DNA from: a virus
Length of the DNA stretch: 64,000 nt
IMG/VR virus record: IMGVR_UViG_3300047557_002467
Location: 31,097-95,096 of that record
Direction: 5' to 3' (one strand)
In this document: piece after piece, positions 21,705 through 32,064 of the stretch
How the letters are laid out: every line of letters starts with the position of its first letter
Numbering within the stretch: the stretch's first letter is position 1
Notes under the pieces: generated by a model
The model's database searches: none
What the model saw: only the letters and a program-made list of their open reading frames with translations
Told to the model about the DNA's origin: nothing
Translations under genes and position numbers: made by a program

Positions 21705-21881
21705 TTAGATTGCCATAACTCTATACTTTCTTCCTGTAGGATCTTCTGCTTGAAGTTCGTCAGCTTTTGCTTGAGCCTCAGGTTCGTTATCGTACTGGTA
21801 GATTGGATCTGTGGGAGTTAAATGTGCTACCCAAATTGAATCTGAACCTGGAATAAATTGCATTTGTACTTGATATATCAT
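21705..21881 (-). CDS. small hypothetical protein, 58 aa (not in ORF track)
   Basis: Manual translation MIYQVQMQFIPGSDSIWVAHLTPTDPIYQYDNEPEAQAKADELQAEDPTGRKYRVMAI; fills the gap between fibre genes. Confidence 0.7.
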   Translation of the reverse strand: MIYQVQMQFIPGSDSIWVAHLTPTDPIYQYDNEPEAQAKADELQAEDPTGRKYRVMAI

Positions 21882-21892
21882 ATTACTTTATT

Positions 21893-24800
21893 TTATAAAT
21901 AAGTTGCTAGAGCTTTTATGTTCCAACCACTTGTGTTTGTTATTATGTTGAATTGTGCTTCAGCAGATGCGATGACAACTGATGCTGTAACAACAAGCGT
22001 GCTCCCAAGATCAACTGTTGAGAAATCTGTAAATTCTACATTCCCACCGTTCCATACTGCCATAACTTCACCTGTTCTTGCGTTGGTACCGTTTGTTACT
22101 GTGTATTTGTAGAATCCTGCTGTGAAAGATCCTGTTGGTTGAGTAAACAAATTGTTTGTACCTGCGATGGATGAAATTACGGTAGCAGAATCGTTTAAAC
22201 TACCATTAAATCTATAAGTATTTGTTATTACAAAGTTACTACCGCTTGATGCATTTATTGCATAAGATGAACTTAAAGCGTAAGATGAAGATACTGATAT
22301 ACTTCCTGATGCAGCAAAGCTTGCAGTTGTTGCAAATGATGCACTTAATGCTTGAGTAGCATAAGAAGCAGTACCAAATAAACTTCCTGTTAAGTTATTT
22401 GCTGTTACTGGTCCGTTAAATGTGCTAGGTCCGTTTACAGTCAAGCTTCCCGTAATACTTACAGATCCTGTTAAAATCTGTCTGTTAGCTAGATCATTTC
22501 CAAAAATGTTAGAACCAGAAGAATATACAATGGAAGAAGTAACAGTTTGTACTACTAACGTTTGCGCTGTCAACGTACCTGTTACAACAGCGTTGCTTGA
22601 TGTTAAGTTTTGTCTAACTAGGAAGTTATCTGCGCTAGAAGCTGTTGCAGCAAACGATGCTGATATTGCGTTTAGTACAAAAGATGCTGTTTGTGCATTT
22701 TGTGCCCAAGATGCAGTACCGAATAAAGACCCAGTAATTATTGGTGCATTTAATGATCCTGTTACCTGCAGACCTTGTGTATACCTACCTGAGCCTGATA
22801 CATCTAAATTGAATATCGGTAATTCTTGATTAACACCAATAAACCCAGATCCTGATACTCTTAGTATATTATTGAATGATGGTGAATCGATTCTAAATAA
22901 AACTGAGTTATTTGTTGAACCTGAAATATGAACTTTAGCTGATGCTGCTATTGCAAAACTTGGACCAAACATCCAACCGGTAGAATTGGTAACTACTGGA
23001 CCATCACTTAGTCCGGTTAGGTAGGGTGTTTGTACTAAGTCATTGAATTGAGCTGTGCCATTATTTCTTAATTGGATAACTGTAGATCCTCCAGGAGTTC
23101 TGATTTCCAATGCATTAGCTTGAGCTGATGCACTTGATTGTAATATTACAGAAGCACTTAGATTTGTAAGTCTGCCATATAATTCTACATTCTGAAATAG
23201 TGGGTTAACAGAAGATGCTGTTAATGCAAAAGAAGCACTAACTGCATTCAATACAAATGAAGCAGTTGTAGCTTGACTTGAACTAATTGCAAAGCTAGAT
23301 GTTATTGAATTAGAGCTTGATAATGCATAAGAAGAACTTACTGCTTGACTAGATGATACAGTAAACGATGAGCTTACTGCTTGACTAGCAGACACTGCAA
23401 AAGAAGAACTCAAGGCTTGTACTGCATACGATGCTGTACCTAACAATGAACTTGTAATGCTTGTTGCTCTTAGACTACCACTTATATTTAATGAACCTGT
23501 TACAGTATGAAAGTCTGTTATTACACTACCTATATCTACTCCTGTCTGTCTTACTTCAAACTCTCTTAAGCTACCTGTTACTACTATAAAAGATCCTGTA
23601 ACTGTTAGATTGTTTGTTATTTTAGCTGAACCTGATACTTGTAAGTTTTCACCTGAGTCAACAAAAGTTCCTCCTGTTTGAATACCTACCCTTCCAGTAC
23701 CGTAAATTTTAACTGTATTTATGTTGTTTGCACCTAAAATTAAAGAACCAGTGTCTAAATTACGTGCATTTAGTATAATCCTAGAACCTATGTTAATATT
23801 GTCTCCAATAATTGTAAAAGTACCGTTGTTTTGATTACTTATTAGCTGAGTTGGAGTAACTAGTAGTCCTGCACCTACAGTTGTTGATGTATTAGATCCT
23901 ATGTATACTGAGTTTGGAGCTCCGTTTGCAGTTTGAAATAGACTTTCTCCATAAACATTAAAAGATCTAGGTGTTGCATTAAAGATAAACGGAACACCTA
24001 CATTTACTTGACCGCTGCCACTAATAGAAAATATACTAGAAGAAATTGGAGAACCAGCCAATAGTAAATTGCTGTTACTTGAACCTGATATTTGTACTGT
24101 GGCTGTTGGAGCTACGACATTTAATCCTAACCTACTATTAGTTGCATCCCAGAATAAGTTGTTTGAACCTGTTTGTGTATTTGCTCCAGTCCAATAAGTA
24201 ACTTGACCAGATGCACCTGTACCTGTAGGGATTGGTACATTATTCAGACTTAAACTACCTGTAATACTAACAGAACCAGTAAACTGATGTGTGTTAGACA
24301 ACAAACTTCCAAACCTAGTTGAACCAGTTACAAAATCTGTAGAAGATGTAATAGTTTGCGCTACTATTGTTTGAACAGTGAGTGTGTTGTTTATTAATGC
24401 ATTACTTGCAGTCAAGTTACTTCTAACTAAAAAGTCGTCTGCACTTGATGCTGTTGCTGCGAAAGAAGAACTTATAGCAAATAGAGCATGTGAAGATGTC
24501 TGAGCATTTGAGCTGCTCAAAGCATAACTAGCTGATATTGAAAAAGATGCAGAAGTAGCTGTGCTTGCATTACCAACTAATGATGCACTAATAATAGAAG
24601 TGTTAATCCACTTTCCTGCCGTAGTACTGTATGCAAAAGGTTGTAAGTTTGTAGGTCCCGATATTGATACATCAGACAAACCTGCTAAAGTCTGTGTTAT
24701 AACAGAACCACCACCTCCTGATCCTCCTACTTGCCTAAATAAACCTCCTGGTAAAATTGTGAAGTCGTTAGCAGAAGTAAAAACTCCTGTACCGTTTATG

Positions 24801-27800
24801 ACGATAGCACCTAAATAAACTGCATTTGCTGCTGTATTAGGAGCTTCTACAAAAGATTCGATGTTTAAGTTTGCAATAGCATCTGCTTCAGTAGTGTATA
24901 TGTTATTACCGTAATAAACAATAATTGCTTTAGCTACACTATTAGGGAACCAGAATACCCTCTGTATCGACCAGTTACCGGCTCCTACATTAGTTAGAGT
25001 ACCGTTATTAGAATAATTTTGAGGATCAATTGCTCCAAATCCAGCACCTGCATTTGTTAAATATACCCAGCTAGATCCTGATTGATAATATCTATATATT
25101 TTAGAGGTCTGGGTTCCGGGGTCGATAGCATAGGATGGATTGTTTGGATCTATAGTGTAGTTAGATCCTGGAGCATAAGCTGTACCGCTTCCTACCACTA
25201 AGCTACCTGTAGAAGATCCACTAGGTGCTAATGTAAAACCGGATAGTTTTAACGGTCCGAATGCTCTATTAAATATATTTTGCGATTGCTCAAAACCGTA
25301 TGCTACTGAAGGCTGTGTTTTAACAGCATTTATTGTAGATCCGTTTTGAAACAGTACAACACCTACATTAATTACTGTATCGAATTGACCGTCGCTATAC
25401 GGTGTACCTTGCTGAAAAATGTTACCGGTTGAATCAATTGATACAAAAGCTTGTTGATAGGAGGCAGTAAGAGGTGCAATACTAGCTGTTAAATTACCCC
25501 AGTTTAAATATTGGATTGTTGGGTACGGGTTATCGTTTAAGCTTGCGTTTAGATTAACAATAATACCACTACCGCTTGATACGTTGTATACAGTGGAAGA
25601 TTGAGTAGTAATTAAACCTCCATTCAATAGACCCGTATAGAGGTTACCTTCTAACCAGCGTAGACGAGTTGTATTATTATAGCCTTTAGAATTTTGTGTA
25701 AAGTATAAGTCTTGTGTAGAACCGCTTACGTAAATGTAAGATGCAGATATTGAGTTATTAATGTTCGTTGTTACAGGTTCAAATTGAATATAACCGTTAA
25801 TAGTTTCACTACCTGATATATTTAATGCACCTGTTAGGAAAGTTGTACCTATTAGTGTATTAGAACCACTTGTAAATAAGCTACCTGTTACTGTTTGACT
25901 ACCTATGAATACGTTTGATCCAGTAGTAGCAAATACTCTAGATCCTGTACCGTCCAATAATCCTGCATTGAATGCAAAGGAAGCTGTTATTGAATTTGAG
26001 GAACTTATTGCGTTTGAAGAACTAAAAGCATAAGAGCTTGATAAAGCATTAGATGCTGATATCGCATAAGATGCACTTAGTGCTGTTGGTGCGTGTGAAG
26101 CTGTTGTTGCATTTAAAGCCCAACTCGCAGTACCAAATAAACTACCTGTTAAGTTATTAGCTGTTACTCTACCGTTGAAAGTAGAAGCTCCGTTTACAGT
26201 TAAACTGCCTGTTACACTTACTGAACCTGTAAACTGTTGTGTATTTGTTAGCTGATTGCCAAAAATGTTAGAACCAGAAGAGTAGACTATACTAGACGTT
26301 ACAGTTTGTACAACTAAAGTCTGTGCTGTAAGTGTATTAGATATTAAAGCATTACTTGCTGTAAGGTTACCTCTTACAAAAAAGTCATCAGCACTTGATG
26401 CTGTTAATGCATGAGATGCAGTTAATGCATAAGATGCACTTATAGTATTAAGAGAGAAGCTTGATGTCTGAGAATAAGAAGCACTGAATGCATAAGAAGA
26501 ACTTACTGCATTACTGCTACTAACTGCAAAAGAAGATGATAGAGCATAAGAGCTACTTACAGAAACTGATGCACTCTGAGCATTGCTAGCTGATATAGCG
26601 TAAGAAGCGCTTATACTATTACTTCCACTTAAAGCATATGAAGAACTAACACTAACACTACTACTTAAAGCATAGGAAGAACTAACACTAACACTACTAC
26701 TTAAAGCATACGAAGAACTAACGCTATTACTACTGCTTACAGCGTAAGAAGCTGATACTGCAAAAGAAGAGGTTAATGCTGAAGGTGCGTGCGATGCTGA
26801 GACTGCCCAAGATGAAGTACCAAATAGAGAGCCTGTTATACCACTGTTTACATTAAGAGACCCTGTTATACGTTGTGATCCGCTAATGTTGAAAGATCCT
26901 GATAAAATAAGGCCATCTGTATAGATCTGCCTTCCGTGTGTTATATTATCGTTCTGAGTTATGAAAGAATTCATAACACCAGACGAAACAATTAAAGCAC
27001 TAGAGTTTGTTCCATTAAATGATACTCCTAACAATAGTCCATTACCATATGCGAACCCACTCCAGTCATTTAGTGCAGGTGTGATAGCTTCTTCCCACGT
27101 TATACCATCAACAGAATAAATGAATCGGTTTTGTGATGTTGAGAAACATCCCGCTGCAATAAACACACCGCCCGCAAATATACATTTCCAAATTAATCCT
27201 GTCAATGGAGTATCTCTTACGGTCCAATTTATTCCGTCAGGAGATGTCATTACTTTTCCTTGGTTACACGTAACAACAAATAATCCTTTACCGTAAGTGA
27301 TATTATAGGTTGTTAATGTACCTGCTGATGGTCTAGTAACATTGTTCCAACTTATACCGTCAGACGAAATTGCTATTGATCCAGAAACCGTTGATTCTGC
27401 TACTGCAACATACCTATCATTTGCGTAAGTAACACTTGTCCAAGGTAAATCCATTGTTGCAGGTGTTGATACACCTTGCCAGTTTACTCCATTGTAACTT
27501 ATGTCAATTCTATTTAAAGAATTATCAATTTTAGTTACTACAAATTTATCTTTTCCGTAGGTTATACCATACCCTTGTCCACCCAAGCCAACTCCATTAA
27601 ACCAATTAATTCCATCATAGGAATAAAAGGATCTTTGATTTAGGTGTCCAACGGCAACAAATATGCCGTTTTGATAAGTTACATTTATAAGACTCGTTAG
27701 AGATGGTAAAGTTCTAAAAGTCCAATTTACTCCATCAGGGGATGTTGCTATTGAACCTGTAGTTGAAACTGCAGCTCCAGATCTTTGTGCTGCAGCAACA

Positions 27801-29854
27801 AATAATCCATTTCCATAGGTTATTGCCCTCCAAGGAAGGCTTGGAAAATTGCTACCTGATACTGCTCTCCAGTAAGTTCCTTCGTTAAATTGATTACCTT
27901 GTAAAGTTGAATCACCAATAACATCTATAGGTCCATTAACGACCAAACTTCCAGTGATAGATGTTGAACCAGTAAATTGTTGAGTATTGGAAAGACTGTT
28001 TCCAAAAATATTAGAACCTGATGAATATATTACAGACGAGGTCACAGTCTGTACTACTAAAGTCTGTGCTGTTATTGTGCCAGATATTAGTGCATTACTT
28101 GCTGTAACGTTACCTCTTACAAAAAAATTGTCAGCTGAGGATGCTGTTGCTGCAGTTGATGAACTTACTGCAGTTGATGCGGATATTGCAACTGAAGAGC
28201 TCATTGCCCAGCTTGCAGTACCAAATAACGATCCAGTTATTCCTCGATTAACTTTTAAACTACCACTAATTTCTAGTGAACCTGTAATGCTGTGTTCATT
28301 GTTAGGATTAAGCTGTAGTTTATTGTTAGCTGTTACGTCAGAACCACCTACAAAGAAACCTAAATGCTTGTTTGGAGAAGCATTACCAATGTGAAACTCC
28401 GAACCTGTATTGAAAACATACGCATCATTAGGTCCACCAAGAAAACCACTATAGTTTTCACTGTTGATACCCATGTTAACATAGTTACCACTCTCATTAC
28501 CATTATTAGCAGTAGCTACTACATCAGAAGAAGCATTAGTACCTTGATTGGTATTTTGAATATTAAGCTGTAAGTAATTATCCAAATTACCTTTACCGCT
28601 TATAACATTGTAAGAAGTTGTACTTGGCTGCCAAACATACAAAGCTTCAGGTGCATCACTTGTATTTCCTGTCTGGTTTATAATAACACTAAACGATCCT
28701 GACTGAAATATACTACTTGTTGCAAGTGTGTTGGTAGTATTAAATAAAGGAATGTACGTAGGTGTGCCTGCAATGTTGGCTATTGAACCACTAAAGTTTC
28801 CTGTAAATGAACCTGTGAATGATCCTGATAAGCTACCAGTTCCTAAATAAGATCCTGTTAAGGTTGCTGCACCTGTAAATGAACCTGTTAAATTTCCTAC
28901 TCCTGTGAATGAACCAGTAAATGAAGCTGTAGTGTAAGAAGAACTAAATGTTAAGAATGATCCTGATAGTAGACTAATACTTGCACTTAGTGATGCACTA
29001 GTCTGTAGAAAGCTTCCTGATAATAAAGCAATACTACTACTGAAAGAAGCACTATCAATTAAATAAGATCCAGTGAATGAATTAAAAGAAGAGGTAAGTG
29101 TATAAGCAGGTGCTAAACTAGCTGTGTCTGCTATCGATGAACTTATACTGCGACTTGATGTACCAAATAATGAGCCTGTTAAATTAGTTATGTTAACTGG
29201 TCCGTAAAAGCTACTTGATCCGTATACACTAAGTGAACCGGTTATAGAAGTTGATCCAGTAAGTTGTTGTGTGTTTGATAGTTGATTACCAAAAATATTT
29301 GATCCTGAACTGTATACTACTGAAGAGCTTATAGTTACTACTTGTAATGTTTGTGCTGTTATTGTACCACTAAAAAGTGCGTTACTTGCTGTAATGTTAC
29401 CTCTTACTAAAAAGTCATCTGCAGATGATGCTGTAAGAGCGTAAGAAGAAGTTATTGCGTATGAAGCTGTTAAAGAGGTTGGTGCGTGGCTAGCTGAGAC
29501 AGCGTAAGAAGAGCTAAGTGCATAGCTACTGCTTACTGCATTAGAAGAACTAACAGAAAAGGAGCTTGTAAGAGAATATGATGCACTAGTTGCTGTGTTA
29601 GCATTACCAGCATTATTAGCAAATAAAGAAGTTGAGGCACTACCTGCTGTAGCGGCATAATCGGCATAAGAAGCAGTCGAAATGCTACCACTTGTAGATG
29701 CGATTTCTACAATTGATTGACTTACACCAGTATCTCTTTTAAAGTATATTTTACCGTCGTAGGTATTGACAGCTAATTCACCTAAATCAACTTGATCAAT
29801 AGTAGGCGCTTTACCGGGTACGGCACTGCGTTTCAGTTCTATCTTAACTGCCAT
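21893..29854 (-). CDS. giant tail fibre/spike (2653 aa) with gp37/Mtd-like N-terminal anchor, Ser/Ala-rich repeats and Asp-box propeller
   Basis: N-terminus IELKRSAVPGKAP....LGELAVNTYDGKIYFK resembles T4 gp37-type fibre N-termini; repeated S-x-D-G-x-x-W boxes around 26980-27880; recurring AQTLVVQTVTSS..YSSGSNIFGN modules. Confidence 0.75.
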   Translation of the reverse strand: MAVKIELKRSAVPGKAPTIDQVDLGELAVNTYDGKIYFKRDTGVSQSIVEIASTSGSISTASYADYAATAGSASTSLFANNAGNANTATSASYSLTSSFSVSSSNAVSSSYALSSSYAVSASHAPTSLTASYAITSSYALTASSADDFLVRGNITASNALFSGTITAQTLQVVTISSSVVYSSGSNIFGNQLSNTQQLTGSTSITGSLSVYGSSSFYGPVNITNLTGSLFGTSSRSISSSIADTASLAPAYTLTSSFNSFTGSYLIDSASFSSSIALLSGSFLQTSASLSASISLLSGSFLTFSSSYTTASFTGSFTGVGNLTGSFTGAATLTGSYLGTGSLSGSFTGSFTGNFSGSIANIAGTPTYIPLFNTTNTLATSSIFQSGSFSVIINQTGNTSDAPEALYVWQPSTTSYNVISGKGNLDNYLQLNIQNTNQGTNASSDVVATANNGNESGNYVNMGINSENYSGFLGGPNDAYVFNTGSEFHIGNASPNKHLGFFVGGSDVTANNKLQLNPNNEHSITGSLEISGSLKVNRGITGSLFGTASWAMSSSVAISASTAVSSSTAATASSADNFFVRGNVTASNALISGTITAQTLVVQTVTSSVIYSSGSNIFGNSLSNTQQFTGSTSITGSLVVNGPIDVIGDSTLQGNQFNEGTYWRAVSGSNFPSLPWRAITYGNGLFVAAAQRSGAAVSTTGSIATSPDGVNWTFRTLPSLTSLINVTYQNGIFVAVGHLNQRSFYSYDGINWFNGVGLGGQGYGITYGKDKFVVTKIDNSLNRIDISYNGVNWQGVSTPATMDLPWTSVTYANDRYVAVAESTVSGSIAISSDGISWNNVTRPSAGTLTTYNITYGKGLFVVTCNQGKVMTSPDGINWTVRDTPLTGLIWKCIFAGGVFIAAGCFSTSQNRFIYSVDGITWEEAITPALNDWSGFAYGNGLLLGVSFNGTNSSALIVSSGVMNSFITQNDNITHGRQIYTDGLILSGSFNISGSQRITGSLNVNSGITGSLFGTSSWAVSASHAPSALTSSFAVSASYAVSSSNSVSSSYALSSSVSVSSSYALSSSVSVSSSYALSGSNSISASYAISASNAQSASVSVSSSYALSSSFAVSSSNAVSSSYAFSASYSQTSSFSLNTISASYALTASHALTASSADDFFVRGNLTASNALISNTLTAQTLVVQTVTSSIVYSSGSNIFGNQLTNTQQFTGSVSVTGSLTVNGASTFNGRVTANNLTGSLFGTASWALNATTASHAPTALSASYAISASNALSSSYAFSSSNAISSSNSITASFAFNAGLLDGTGSRVFATTGSNVFIGSQTVTGSLFTSGSNTLIGTTFLTGALNISGSETINGYIQFEPVTTNINNSISASYIYVSGSTQDLYFTQNSKGYNNTTRLRWLEGNLYTGLLNGGLITTQSSTVYNVSSGSGIIVNLNASLNDNPYPTIQYLNWGNLTASIAPLTASYQQAFVSIDSTGNIFQQGTPYSDGQFDTVINVGVVLFQNGSTINAVKTQPSVAYGFEQSQNIFNRAFGPLKLSGFTLAPSGSSTGSLVVGSGTAYAPGSNYTIDPNNPSYAIDPGTQTSKIYRYYQSGSSWVYLTNAGAGFGAIDPQNYSNNGTLTNVGAGNWSIQRVFWFPNSVAKAIIVYYGNNIYTTEADAIANLNIESFVEAPNTAANAVYLGAIVINGTGVFTSANDFTILPGGLFRQVGGSGGGGSVITQTLAGLSDVSISGPTNLQPFAYSTTAGKWINTSIISASLVGNASTATSASFSISASYALSSSNAQTSSHALFAISSSFAATASSADDFLVRSNLTASNALINNTLTVQTIVAQTITSSTDFVTGSTRFGSLLSNTHQFTGSVSITGSLSLNNVPIPTGTGASGQVTYWTGANTQTGSNNLFWDATNSRLGLNVVAPTATVQISGSSNSNLLLAGSPISSSIFSISGSGQVNVGVPFIFNATPRSFNVYGESLFQTANGAPNSVYIGSNTSTTVGAGLLVTPTQLISNQNNGTFTIIGDNINIGSRIILNARNLDTGSLILGANNINTVKIYGTGRVGIQTGGTFVDSGENLQVSGSAKITNNLTVTGSFIVVTGSLREFEVRQTGVDIGSVITDFHTVTGSLNISGSLRATSITSSLLGTASYAVQALSSSFAVSASQAVSSSFTVSSSQAVSSSYALSSSNSITSSFAISSSQATTASFVLNAVSASFALTASSVNPLFQNVELYGRLTNLSASVILQSSASAQANALEIRTPGGSTVIQLRNNGTAQFNDLVQTPYLTGLSDGPVVTNSTGWMFGPSFAIAASAKVHISGSTNNSVLFRIDSPSFNNILRVSGSGFIGVNQELPIFNLDVSGSGRYTQGLQVTGSLNAPIITGSLFGTASWAQNAQTASFVLNAISASFAATASSADNFLVRQNLTSSNAVVTGTLTAQTLVVQTVTSSIVYSSGSNIFGNDLANRQILTGSVSITGSLTVNGPSTFNGPVTANNLTGSLFGTASYATQALSASFATTASFAASGSISVSSSYALSSSYAINASSGSNFVITNTYRFNGSLNDSATVISSIAGTNNLFTQPTGSFTAGFYKYTVTNGTNARTGEVMAVWNGGNVEFTDFSTVDLGSTLVVTASVVIASAEAQFNIITNTSGWNIKALATYL
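26627..26722. repeat. 36-bp tandem repeat (about 2.7 copies) encoding SSSVSVSSSYAL
   Basis: acttaaagcataNgaagaactaacactaacactact repeated nearly exactly. Confidence 0.85.
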
Positions 29855-29911
29855 ATATAGGACGCTTTAAAAGTATATACTAACGAATACAAGGGCTTAT
29901 ATAAGCCGGTA

Positions 29912-29919
29912 ATAAATAG
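29912..29919 (-). promoter_or_regulatory. putative late promoter motif CTATTTAT
   Basis: Intergenic copy upstream of the 2653-aa fibre gene. Confidence 0.55.
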
Positions 29920-29924
29920 TATAA

Positions 29925-30713
29925 TTAATAGAACCCTCCATCTATTCCAGTGCCAATCATAGAACCAGAAATGGATTGAGGGAACTCTTCGTTTGGAATA
30001 AATGGTAATATGAGACTTGAAGAAAGATTTGTAGATCCTGTAACTTGCAAACTTCCAGATAGTATAATAAGATTTGGATTAATACCGTTAAGAGCGTTAA
30101 TTATACGAAGTAAGTGCTCAGCCTCTATTATAGCTCCAGGTCTTATACCTGTTGTTGGTATTGTTCCGTTGACAGGTGTTGGTACTTGATAGAGGATAGG
30201 AACGCCTGCTACATTAGAACCTGAAGTAAATGTTACGCTGGTGCCTGGAATGCTGTAACCTGTTAGATTGTTTAGATAGTTTATAATATCGTTTACAGAA
30301 CCACTACTTAATGCTGATGAAGCACTAATTATATACCCACTGGCTGTTGGTAAATTGTAGCCGGTTAGCTGGTTAATTGTAGATATTATGCTGTTTATAG
30401 ATCCACTTCCTGTTGCCATAGACGATGTTGCTAAAGATCCACTTGTTTGAGGTAATGTATAACCTGATACTTGGTTAATATAATTAATTAAGTTATTTAC
30501 TGATCCTGTTCCTGCTGTGAAAGATGAAGTAGTTTCAGGTGTATCTTCAGTAGGTATTAGAAATCCCGACAATGAGTTCACTAAACCTATGATACTATTC
30601 ACAGAACCACTTGCATTAGATACAGAAGCTGTTACAACAGACCCGCTAGGTATTGGTATCCTAAAGTCTGTTATAGAGTTAATTTGCGATATAATGTCAG
30701 ATAGTGCACTCAC
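29925..30713 (-). CDS. putative structural protein with about five ~35-40 aa internal repeats
   Basis: Repeated SGS(V/I)NxIIxxINxLxGYxLP; C-terminal IDGGFY as in fibre-associated proteins. Confidence 0.65.
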   Translation of the reverse strand: MSALSDIISQINSITDFRIPIPSGSVVTASVSNASGSVNSIIGLVNSLSGFLIPTEDTPETTSSFTAGTGSVNNLINYINQVSGYTLPQTSGSLATSSMATGSGSINSIISTINQLTGYNLPTASGYIISASSALSSGSVNDIINYLNNLTGYSIPGTSVTFTSGSNVAGVPILYQVPTPVNGTIPTTGIRPGAIIEAEHLLRIINALNGINPNLIILSGSLQVTGSTNLSSSLILPFIPNEEFPQSISGSMIGTGIDGGFY

Positions 30714-31570
30714 TGTACTAATTCTGTACTAAATACAACTTTACAAATGTTATATGTCTTACTAGTCAACTGTGCAAGGTATGCATTAAGTGAATCAGGA
30801 ATGAGATAACCGTTTAAATTCATAGTAAACTCAGTCTTAATTAGCCTGTCTTCACCTTGATCATAGGTCTGTGCATCAGTAAACGAGTCAATCTTAGTAA
30901 GAAATTGAAATCTAGAAGGATCACCCCAGTAACTATTAGAAGCAAAGTTAAGAGCCTCTATCAATTTATCCATCTGTTCAATGTAGTTTGTCCACATTAT
31001 ACACCTATAGTTGATAGTAACATAGTCGGGTGTCACTACTACATAGTATTCCTTTTGAGGTATCTGATTCTGTAATGTAAAGAAGTTGTCGTAGATGTTT
31101 CTACGATTAAACAACTTTTCAAATAACTGTACATTATACGCTCTATTACCGTCTAGCTTATTACCTAAGTTTCTTCTCTGTTCAATCGATTCTCTTTTGA
31201 ACATAATAAGAGGCGACATGATTTGTGAAGCATTATTTCTATAGTAGCCGTCAGCTTGTACTGCTTTCCATTTTTCTGGTGAACCGTATATGATTGGCAC
31301 TAGAATGGTGTCGTTGTTTTGGAAAACCTCTAACTTAAGATGTTGATTGAAGTAATACATGATTGCTTCATCGATGTCTTTTATGCCTATAGAAAATTTC
31401 TTAGTAGGCTCTTCATCATAACTTGTCTCATATGCTCTGTTAAACTCAGGTTGACCAGGTTTAAAAGGCTCTGAGTAGATGATATTTGGATTACCGTACT
31501 CAGGATCTTTTGGTACGATGATCTTATCGAGAAACTCTCTTCTGTTCTGTGGTCTAACTTGCTGTGGCAT
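30710..31570 (-). CDS. tail completion / sheath stabilizer, T4 gp15-like
   Basis: VPIIYGSPEKW, PLIMFKR, PDYVTINY..MWT..IEQM..LIE; position after neck genes. Confidence 0.65.
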   Translation of the reverse strand: MPQQVRPQNRREFLDKIIVPKDPEYGNPNIIYSEPFKPGQPEFNRAYETSYDEEPTKKFSIGIKDIDEAIMYYFNQHLKLEVFQNNDTILVPIIYGSPEKWKAVQADGYYRNNASQIMSPLIMFKRESIEQRRNLGNKLDGNRAYNVQLFEKLFNRRNIYDNFFTLQNQIPQKEYYVVVTPDYVTINYRCIMWTNYIEQMDKLIEALNFASNSYWGDPSRFQFLTKIDSFTDAQTYDQGEDRLIKTEFTMNLNGYLIPDSLNAYLAQLTSKTYNICKVVFSTELVQ

Positions 31571-31571
31571 A

Positions 31572-32063
31572 TTATAGTCTTTCTTTTGCTATACCCAATC
31601 TCTCTGGAGAAGTTAGGTGAGTGAAACAAATTATTGAGAAGCTCTGACCAAAGTTCTGTAAACCGTTTGAATAAGCATAAGAGTTGTCCTTACCTAAGAA
31701 GAATTGATTTTCGTTGACATTATCTACTTCATAGTAAAGCTCGTTGTACATAATAATATCACCTGTTTCTGGCACTACGTTGGCTATTGTTAGGTCATCT
31801 CTTAAGAATCTAAACTCTGTATCTCTTCTTGTGTCAGGACCAAAGTTATCACTTACTGTAGTGAAGTCACCTCTAACTATCAAACAGTTAAGCAAGACAG
31901 GACCAATGTAACTTTTTACTAAGGCTTCACCGTATATGTTGGCTGGTGAATCGTTCAGTACTATCTGATAATATCCTACCTGCTGAGTTACTACGTTACC
32001 TACAAACTCAGAAGCTACACCTACTTGCATTAATGCATCTCTAGTTGATCCGAATAGTGCCAT
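31572..32063 (-). CDS. neck/head closure protein, T4 gp14-like
   Basis: NIYGE, P.TGDII.Y..LYYEV motifs; synteny between gp13-like and gp15-like genes. Confidence 0.55.
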   Translation of the reverse strand: MALFGSTRDALMQVGVASEFVGNVVTQQVGYYQIVLNDSPANIYGEALVKSYIGPVLLNCLIVRGDFTTVSDNFGPDTRRDTEFRFLRDDLTIANVVPETGDIIMYNELYYEVDNVNENQFFLGKDNSYAYSNGLQNFGQSFSIICFTHLTSPERLGIAKERL

Positions 32064-32064
32064 T

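Noticed and set aside
4000-29854. Diversity-generating retroelement acting on fibres or LamG genes
   Set aside because: No reverse transcriptase and no template/variable repeat pair differing only at adenines was seen.
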